Source: Tubiluchus corallicola (taxonomy: Eukaryota > Animalia > Priapulida). Taken from it: DNA of 64,000 nt. Numbering within the stretch: position 1 is the stretch's first letter; each line of letters begins with the position of its first letter. This document shows, one piece after another, positions 26,401 through 54,505 of the stretch. The DNA lies in assembly GCA_030141605.1 (NCBI GenBank), contig JAQGDQ010000001.1:2046001-2110000 (forward strand), in the 5' to 3' direction. Below the pieces are notes generated by a model that searched no databases, had not been told where the DNA came from, and saw only the letters and a program-made list of their open reading frames with translations. Made by a program: the position numbers and the translations under genes.

Positions 26401-29125
26401 GAAAATGTTAACTGCCATATTCAGGATTTGATATTTTCAGGTACCATTTGATCCAGGACGCCTAGTCTTCCCACCTGTACCTGCTTCTGTATTTGTGATC
26501 TTAATTTATTTCGCAGCTGTTCTCTTACTGCCAGGAACAATAGCTAATATTGGAACTGCAGGAATGTTGTTAGGGTGCGTATATAAAACCAAAATTGGTT
26601 TTAAGTTGACTATATTGACTACAGATTTTTAAATTGGTTTTAATTTTATATGAGTTACATTTAAGAAATTGATTTGTAAACTGTAATGAATAATTTGTAA
26701 ACTGTAAACCCATTCGTTTAACTATACGCTTAAGAAAAATGAACAATGAGATGCACAAGAAATTTGTGTGCGCATTTAGCTAATTGCTTGGTTCCATTTT
26801 GCCTTCAGCTACGTTTTACCTATATTCACATGTCCTCTCCTCTCCTAAACTCGTCCTGAACTGCTTTTTTCTAATTGTCTTGTATCCAAACTTCCCCATG
26901 TCCTCGCTGCTCCATCTTGCCCTGTGACCTAACTTTAGCTTTCCTGTGCCCAACTTGTCATATTTTTAAACTGCTCAGTGTCTAAACTTTCCTGTGTTCT
27001 GCCATTTTATCAGGCCTGTGGCCACCAATTTTTTTGTCAAAAGTGGCATGTGACCAAACTTTTCATGTACAAACATTACATATCCAAACTCTAAGGTGTC
27101 CAAACTTGCTTGTGATCAAATAGCCTATGCTTGAATATCCTGCTTTATGCCCAGTCTGTGTAAACTTTTTATGGCCAAGAGACTCTGTGTCGAATATATC
27201 CTTGTCATGGAAAAGTTTTTGTTCAAAAATGGCAATTCCCTATAAAGTTTAGTGTATTAAAGAAAAGACCAAGCCTTCAGGGAAATTGGCTTATTTCAAT
27301 TTTTGGGAAAATGTGAAAATAATTTAGTAATAATAGTGTGATAAGCAGCTCATGAAATTAGTAAAACCAATTTAAAGTCGCCATAATTTCACTCTTGGCT
27401 TACATCGTTCATTGGTAGAAGAAAAGCTGTGCACTGTCAATTTTCGTCAAAAGTATATTAAAATTTTGCAAAAAATTAGATAATTAATTTTGTGATATTC
27501 TTGCATGACCATTAGGCAAGCTGCAGAAGTTCGAGTTAGTTTAAGCGGCGCACACTTATGTAAAGCCACAATGCATTTATGAGAAGTCACAAAGTCCATC
27601 ACAAGTTATATCACAATTTTGAAATGAGTGGTGGCTACCACTGCACTTGTAAATTTCAGGCTTTAAAGGCAGTTTTTCTGCAGATTTCTTTGTTATATTT
27701 TCTAAGCTTATGTGATAACAATAAAGTAAACCCAAGATGCTAAGTGACTTGCCTTCTGAAAATCAAAAATTAGTGATGACAAATTAATAAATTTCGACAA
27801 GTCGCTTAAGGTTCAGCCAGTTAAGGTGCATATGAACTTATACATGTTGCTCACATATTTTTACCTTTTATAGTTTAAAACCAAACTTTAAAATTTATTT
27901 CATATTGTTAATTTAGAAAGCAGAAATCAGTATTGTAACTGTTATACTGTATTTTCTTTATTAAACAATAGTTATTGCAAAATGGTTGCATATAAGCTCC
28001 AGTATGTGCTTTAATGTAAGAGTTAAGGTCCAAAGGTTAATTATGTTAAACAAATGGCAAAGTTCAACTGCAAGAGCTTTGTCAGCAGTGATTAAGTTTC
28101 GGTTTACCAAGCCCCCAATAAAATATTATTTAATTTTATTGCCAGAATAAAGACAGTACTAAGATTAAGACAACGATGAGCGATTATTATTATATCTGTT
28201 TGCTTTTCTCCTATAAAAAGCCATAATTATTGCATTGTTAGGTTTATTTTCACTTTAGGTACGTTTGCTATGATTTAACACATTACTTTTTACATCATGG
28301 TGTACCTGCACCAGGTGGCTATTTCGATCGACTGCGGAAATATCACATCCAACATCATTTTGCTCAGCAGTCAAGAGGTTTGTATAAGATCATGCTTATT
28401 TTCAACAAAATTTAAGATATGCTACACTAGTGTAAAATTAGGTGTTCAGGGCTACACATTTTAAATAATTATTTAAATAAATATTAAATGACAATAAATA
28501 TTCTGAAAATTTAAAATCTGAATAGACCTAAATTATAAAATGTTTGAAAATGATCTTAGTGCATTTACTAATTGAACCTCTCATCCACAGTGTTTTAATT
28601 TGATTCTAGTGTTACTGTTTACAAACTTAACACAATTAAGTTATTCATTACTACAAATGGCACTGCTAGTTCAGATTTATATCAAACTTGATTCCAGTCA
28701 ATTAATTATAGTATTAGATGTGCAGCTCAACAAAGCCCATTTTAAAGAAAGGCTTTCAGCTGCAGTACTATGTACACCATTTGACCTTACTTATTTATAT
28801 TTATATTGCTGTCTTCTAACTAATTATTTCTAGGTTTGTACATTTATGTATTGATGTGTGTGGTATGTCTGAGTGTAGCTAATGTGCCAACTTCTACAAT
28901 GAATGACTATGAATGGTTTGTATAACAATTTCTCACATTGCACTCTGTTGCACTGGGTAATTTGGCAGCAAGGTTTTTACAGTGCTCTTTGTGATCATAA
29001 ACTATAATTAATTGTACCTAACTTATTTTTGTCTAGGTTTTGGCATATCGAGCAAACTGTGGGACCAACCATTTAGCACACTTATTATTGAGGACTACTC
29101 AGAAGAAGAATCTGACTATAGTTAA
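2982..29125 (+). CDS. FA2H: Fatty acid 2-hydroxylase, isoform/cassette B (shared exon 1 inferred), 367 aa
   Basis: Exon 2982-3209 joined to 21835-21924, 23304-23592, 25185-25339, 26441-26574, 28259-28377, 29037-29125. Phases are the same as cassette A, total 1104 nt, with no stops or frameshifts. His boxes HRFLFH, HGQHH, HYFLHH, HIQHH. The link to exon 1 is inferred because no other b5 exon is seen. Confidence 0.75.
3353..4781. mobile_element. PIF/Harbinger-type MITE
   Basis: TIRs ggcgggtgtcacacaga / tctgtgtgacacgggcc, flanked by TTA on both sides. Confidence 0.75.
3919..4398. mobile_element. pogo/Tigger-type (Tc1/mariner) MITE nested in the Harbinger MITE
   Basis: TA|cagtgttccctc ... gagggaacactg|TA. 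Confidence 0.85.
4790..4950 (+). mobile_element. CR1-type LINE ORF2 C-terminal remnant
   Basis: [29 protein letters not shown]. Confidence 0.7.
7150..8045 (-). mobile_element. Degenerate non-LTR retrotransposon RT fragment
   Basis: GALGYA...[19 protein letters not shown]...FNTAKSK, followed by frameshifted post-RT motifs ([13 protein letters not shown]). Confidence 0.65.
8097..8554. mobile_element. hAT-like MITE containing a (CT)n tract
   Basis: cagggc...gccctg termini, GC-rich subterminal ggggcc motifs, (CT)n at ~8214-8250; TSD poor. Confidence 0.5.
10285..10490 (+). mobile_element. Degenerate tRNA-derived SINE
   Basis: Pol III B-box-like GTTCGAAACC at 10329-10338, followed by a SINE-like body (ccacc...aactcagct). 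Confidence 0.5.
14340..14575 (+). mobile_element. Mariner transposase C-terminal remnant
   Basis: Degenerate IEHQPY (HPPYSPDL-like) and FASN..DIIEVV....[11 protein letters not shown]. Confidence 0.55.
14699..15159 (+). repeat. Diverged direct duplication (~185 bp; copies 14699-14883 and 14968-15159)
   Basis: Shared cttctgaatgtcgatttatata...ttcgacataattt...ccagctattacta...gaatgaaaaattat. Confidence 0.85.
15487..15585 (+). CDS. FA2H: FA2H exon 2A (linker)
   Basis: ttttctttatag|GAA...CAG|gtgagt; 99 nt open, phase 0-0; [33 protein letters not shown]. Confidence 0.75.
16258..16531 (+). CDS. FA2H: FA2H exon 3A
   Basis: ttttcag|[22 protein letters not shown]...EHYI G|gtaatt. Confidence 0.92.
16943..17097 (+). 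CDS. FA2H: FA2H exon 4A (His boxes 1-2)
   Basis: [14 protein letters not shown]...[10 protein letters not shown]|gtaagt. Confidence 0.93.
17285..17700. mobile_element. Interspersed repeat fragment with internal duplicated unit (ttgacct-type, Helentron-like)
   Basis: Two related units ...tggtgaa.gttga.ct...ttaaa..atcaag.aca.tga at ~17330 and ~17620. Confidence 0.4.
17803..17936 (+). CDS. FA2H: FA2H exon 5A
   Basis: ttctag|[16 protein letters not shown]...GGMLL GG|gtatga. Confidence 0.92.
18571..18689 (+). CDS. FA2H: FA2H exon 6A (His boxes 3-4)
   Basis: [40 protein letters not shown]|gtatat. Confidence 0.93.
19763..19851 (+). CDS. FA2H: FA2H exon 7A (terminal coding)
   Basis: tttttgtag|[32 protein letters not shown]. 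Confidence 0.92.
20455..20484. repeat. (TA)n microsatellite
   Basis: Direct reading. Confidence 0.9.
21835..21924 (+). CDS. FA2H: FA2H exon 2B (linker)
   Basis: tttttgtttgcag|AAA...CAG|gtatgc; 90 nt open, phase 0-0, no ATG in frame; [30 protein letters not shown], loosely similar to 2A. Confidence 0.72.
23304..23592 (+). CDS. FA2H: FA2H exon 3B
   Basis: tttgtttcag|[22 protein letters not shown]...GSYI G|gtaact. Confidence 0.92.
24319..24824 (+). mobile_element. hAT-Charlie non-autonomous element
   Basis: ttcccaacctt / aaggttgggaaccactg TIRs, ggggtcgcga subterminal motifs, transposase C-terminal remnant ..EGGF.....AEKQVQPSH. Confidence 0.78.
25185..25339 (+). CDS. FA2H: FA2H exon 4B
   Basis: [14 protein letters not shown]...[10 protein letters not shown]|gtaagt; 155 nt, same as 4A. 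Confidence 0.93.
26441..26574 (+). CDS. FA2H: FA2H exon 5B
   Basis: ttttcag|[16 protein letters not shown]...AGMLL GG|gtgcgt; 134 nt, same as 5A. Confidence 0.92.
28259..28377 (+). CDS. FA2H: FA2H exon 6B
   Basis: [40 protein letters not shown]|gtttgt; 119 nt, same as 6A. Confidence 0.93.
29037..29125 (+). CDS. FA2H: FA2H exon 7B (terminal coding)
   Basis: tttgtctag|[32 protein letters not shown]; 89 nt, same as 7A. Confidence 0.92.
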
Positions 29126-31749
29126 AACATAGCTTCGTACGCAAGCTTGACTTTCGGTCACTTCAGCAACACAAGATCAAAGACATTACCAAGAGTAACG
29201 TATGGCGTGTATATCTCTACTCACAAGTTCAACATCTCAATTTTCTTTCACAAAACCACTGTGATTATTTCTTTAAAAATTACATTTTTATTTTTTTCAA
29301 ATAATAACAAAGCTACAATTATAAGTATACTTGATTTAATAATAGACAAATACATATATATTGATATGTCACTCCTAACTAAAGTAACCTCTTAAAAATA
29401 AAGTGTAAAGTGCAAATGGAGCTATGGCGATTATTTGTTTGTCAATATTGCACATTTACTGTGAATATTATGTGGTCTAGCTTGCTTTTATGGTTAATTG
29501 TGCTAATAACTGCTTCTCGATTGCTGTCACCTTCAAACAATCTCTTCATAAAAGCTCTTCAATCTTGCATTTATATGTGAACCGATAATACATACGCAAT
29601 GCATGTAGTAAATGTTAAAATTTATGCGACATTTACCGTTTAAGTATCCTCTTCATCTACCATGCAGATCACAAAGGGTTGCTATGTCTAGGTTGTGTTT
29701 ATCTTTTATTCTTCTGCTTTGTTGTCATTGTATCACCACATTATTAACTTTGGTTGTCTATAACTGAAGTTAAATCAATATATTTGGTACTTAATATTAA
29801 ATTACTTTGTACAGATACTGCATTTGACCAGAAGACAAATCGCGTCTATTTGACAATCTTGATATTTTGTGATGTTATTCGCTTAAAGTAAAAAGTAATG
29901 GTTTCCAGATTCGATTATAACTGCGCATGCAGTGCACAAACGTCCAAGTTTGTAAGTGAGTAAAAATGCTTTTGGATTTTTTTCCAGCCATTCTAGTTTG
30001 CAATTATGTCAAGTGCAGTCATCTCAGTACCCTTACAGTCATACTTTAGACATATAGTACCCTTGAAAATGTTAACCATCAATTTTTACACACATTTAAA
30101 TAGCCGTTGTACCTTCACACCTTTTTGTGATTATTTTCCAACGACGAAAGACGAAGTTTTTTCAATTGATTTCCATGATGCAATTCATATAACATAGTAA
30201 ACTATAATTTGTGATTTATCTAATGCCACAGTACGCCTTTATGTAATTGTGCCTTGTTTAAAGTGTGCAAGATTATTGTAAAATGTGTGTACTGGTTCTT
30301 GCTGTGATTTATTTTGCCAGTGCATATACTGAATTGTCATTGTCGTTAATTGTTTTCAAATTTTGTTTGTGTATTATTGATATAGGAAGGTCTCTCAATT
30401 TTAACTTGATAAATATTGTTTTATTAGGAGTACCTTTGTCATTCAATGCAATAAATTATGCAATGATCTTAAACGTATAAAAACTAGAAAATTTTTATTT
30501 ATTATTTTTATCCGTTATTCATTTTGTCTTAATTTCTAAAGAGTCCATTTATTTTTTAATATTTGCAAACGAAAAACAATGATTTAACTATTGCCGCAAT
30601 AATTACACGATTTGTCAAGCAAACAATGTGAATTTTACATTTGTGAATCTATGAATGCCGCACCTGTCAAAAATGATTATTGGTTTATTCTACACTTATT
30701 TGTACATTTTGTTCTTGAAGAAAGTAAAACTAACAATTTATATTAAATTAAACTTGATGCAAATTTATCAGTTGCAGTTTAGTAATTAGCATTTTGATTT
30801 GCTAGATTGGATAGTGTTTATCTATTTTAATAAACTTGAAATCTAGTTGTTTAGTGCAAAACCAGCGCAGTGCTCTCTTGTGACTAGTTTTATATAGTAA
30901 TAAAACATGGTACTGCAAAATTTAACTAGTAAGAAGAATTCATTTCAAAACAACTGGCAAAGATTTTTGGGACTTGAATATTTATATGCACGTTTGTGTT
31001 TATGATTTTTAAAAGCACTGTTATTTAAACCTTGTAGGACATGAAAGTACCAACAATATCATGGTTCATCCTCTTAAGCTTGTGGCACCTGCACAAGTTT
31101 TTAACTGACTCCTTGAATCTTTGAGTTTTTGAGTCTTGTCTGTTGGCTGAGGCAAGAAAATACCAATTTTGAAATTATACCTAATCAACATAAAATTATA
31201 TTAATAATTATTTGATAGAGAGTTTCGTTGTGTGCCTGTGTGTACATTAATTGTTTGAATACTTGAAATGAAGTGTATTAAATGCATTTGAACTTTTTTT
31301 GATTGACATCCAATAAATTGCAATAAAATTTCTCAAATTAAATGTTTTTAATTTTAATTCCTGTAGTTTGGAATCATTACTTGCATCAGTTGGTAGCTCC
31401 TAGATTCAGTGTCTGTCTATCAATCAGCTACAGCCTAAACTCATTTATCTGATTGCATAATGGCACTACTTGAAAGAAGGCAACTTGTCGCACATTATAG
31501 AAGGCCATATTATAACGCACACAGCTCAGTAAGTTGGAAATGAAGAAAAATGCTTAGGCCGGTGAACGTGGAGTAAACAAATTGTAATATTTTATCTAAT
31601 AATGATCTAGATAATGATTTTTTGCATGAAAACACTGAATATAAAAATGCATCAAGCACCTTGACAAAAAATAATGTAGCATAATTACACATGTTAATAT
31701 TACTGTGTTATCTTAAACATATTAACAGTTTTGACTAGATTAATATGTA

Positions 31750-51699
<19,950 letters not shown>

Positions 51700-52742
51700 C
51701 TAAAAGGTAAGAATAACCTTATGGGGCAGCAGTAAATGACTATCGTCTTTTACTCAACGGAAAGTCACAGAAGGAGAGTGAAATAGTTTTAAAGCAGCAC
51801 TAAAGGCAAAATATGATTAGGTGTCAAAATGTAGTTTAGACATTGCTGATAACCACATCATATTTAAAAAGCTTTGTACAGGCAAAAATAAGCTATATTA
51901 GTTTTGGCGTGACTCGTATCTCCACCACATTGAACAATGCATGCGCGTATGCGGTAAAATACAAATAAAATGCTACTATGCCAGAATTGTTTTGCTGAAT
52001 TTATATTTATGCAAATTACACTAGACTACACATCACGGGTGGCAATTTTGGTATATATCAAGTAATGAAGCAATCAATTTACTTATTAAACTGTAATTGC
52101 ACGGAAACTATGAGATTTGTAGTCTAGGCTGTATGAACAATTGGTGTGCCGAGTACTCTCGCGAATCAAATCATGCTGCAAGCTTACTGGTCACAACTTT
52201 CTGAGGCACATACACAGTAATAGAGGCAAAAATTAACCTTTCTAGTTACATTTCATGCAAACTATGTTTAGTCTAAGTTAGGAAACGCTCCAGCTTTCTA
52301 TATTTGAATGTTAACATCCCTGTCTCCACATTTTGAAATATTTTCCAGCAACTGTTACTTCGACGTAAAAACCGCACAATCCCTTTCCTTTGCCCGAAAT
52401 AGAATCACCCACCTATCGTGCTAGACAAGGCGAAAAACGTTTACGAAGCAACACTAGAATGCAGGTGCGCGACAGCACAAAAATTATACAGCAATAAAAT
52501 TTGTATCAGCAATATTTTGATTTAAAACTTAATTTTCTTCTCTGGTTCTCATTCGCACATTCGAAAAAATATGCCAGAAAAGTTTGCCTACATGTCTAAA
52601 AATATAGAAGCGTTCTTCAACGAGTTAAAAAGTGCTGTCAAAAAAGTACTTCTACTTAGTTTTCAATTTTCTTTTCCTTTCGAACCTCAGAAGTCAGACA
52701 GCTTACCGGGTCTGCTCAGGAAACAAACTTTGTCATGCTGCT

Positions 52743-54083
52743 TGTTACAACTGATAATGTAATAAAAAATAACGCATAATGTAATAAAAATCGACGCTTA
52801 ATGTAATAAATCAACGCATAATGTAATAAATGAACCGATAATGCAATAACTAGAAGAATTAATGTAACTATAATAAAGTAATTTTTATTTTTTGGAATAT
52901 GAAGGTGGTGCTCATCATTAAGCCAGACTTTTCTGCGGGGACCGATATTTCTGTAAGACCAACAGTTGTAAAAAGTTCCCTCGACTGTTCCCTCCACATT
53001 TTTGCGAGTTCGGGTTTTTTCTCGAATGAAAATCACAAGAATGTCGTTCGAAATTCACAGTACATAACTTCTGCGACACATGACTTTCGCCTTGTTGAGT
53101 ATATTGCGATGGTTTCACGACAATTTCATGGAATTTTCGCAGAAAGAAGTGCGGGACAACCGAAGTTGGTAAAAATGCTGCAAAATGGTCGCAATGTCGT
53201 CGCAAAATGTTCACCAAGTATTTGTGAGTTTTGAAATTGTTGACGAACATCGCGAATAATTTGCAAGAAATTTGCGCGCGTTTTGTGCATGTTACGACAA
53301 CTTTGCGACAGTGGTGAGTTTTGCGACTCCGACGACAAACTTTAAACGTTTTAAATTTTTCCGAAGCCGGCGAGCTTTAGACGACAATGGCGAATACCCG
53401 CGAATGTTTTTGCGATTGTTTGGCGGACTTTTGATGCATGTTTCGCGACTGTTGGAGTTTTAGACATTTTCAGATAGTAGTCCAAGTCGTGAACTCATTG
53501 GTATCACAACCGTCTTCAACGCATTACCATCAGCCCAATGAGTCAACAAACATACAAAAATATAAATATTTTTAATATTTATAAAATATTTATAAAAATA
53601 AGCCACTGACGAACTAAAACAATTTGTTTATGGATAAGGTTTCAACATAGTAGAAAAATTTTCCTGGTGAATGTACTAGTGGCGAATTGAAACACTTTTC
53701 TTAAAGGGCTAAGATAGTAACATACAGCTAAGAAATATTCCTGTTGAGCTGTACTCGTGGCGAATTGTACTAGAGGCGAACTGAACTAGTGGCGAAGTGT
53801 CAAGTGGCGAAATGGGAGGATACCATTCCCACAGCCCTACATTACTGATGACATTGTGAAGCAACATTACTTAAGCTAGTTATTGCATAAATCAGTTTGA
53901 AGCTTTTATTACATTATGCGTTTTTGTGGTGTTACAATATGCGCTAAATTCGGGTTATTATATTATGCGTTTTGGGAGTCCTACATTAGGCGTTAAGTTT
54001 TTATTACATTATCGGTAATATTACATTATGCGTTGATTTTTTTATTACATTATGAGTTTTTTATTACATTATCAGTTGTAACA
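52743..54083. mobile_element. Foldback-type MITE with long TIRs built of subterminal repeats, with nested fragments
   Basis: Perfect 27-bp TIR tgttacaactgataatgtaataaaaaa / ttttttattacattatcagttgtaaca; (aacgcataatgtaata) units inverted at both ends. Confidence 0.85.
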
Positions 54084-54304
54084 CTTGCTTCCCGACCCAA
54101 CCCAAGAATCCACTGCTTTTTTTACAATTTTATCTGTTAGAAAACGTAAAAATGACCATGCTTAGTCAGAATAAATCTGAGCGGCACGAGGCAACCTGAG
54201 ACATTTTAAATTAAAAAACAGAAAGAGGAAAACTAACCACACAGCAACAATAAAGCACTCAAGCGCGACCAATGACGTCACTTTAAAACTTTTGCATGGG
54301 TTAC

Positions 54305-54505
54305 AGGTGTCCAAATGTTTTATGTGTCCAAATGTCCTTGTGTCCAAATGTCCGTGTATCCAAATGTCCTAGTGTCCAAATGATCTGTGTGTTCAAATCG
54401 CCTTGTGTCCAAATTACCCATGTGTCGAAATAGCCATGACCTATGTGTCCAAATGTCTTGTGGCGAAACCTTCTGTATCCAAATATATGAGTCGAAATGT
54501 CTGCG
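54305..54505. repeat. Short tandem gtgtccaaatgtc repeat (MITE subterminal type)
   Basis: ~10 degenerate units of ~15-18 bp; a related decayed array (ccaaactt) lies at ~26800-27200. Confidence 0.75.

Noticed and set aside
21835-29125. Cassette B as a pseudogene or haplotype-duplication artefact
   Set aside because: All exons are open with intact splice sites and His boxes. Many synonymous differences and unalignable introns argue for an old, selected duplication.
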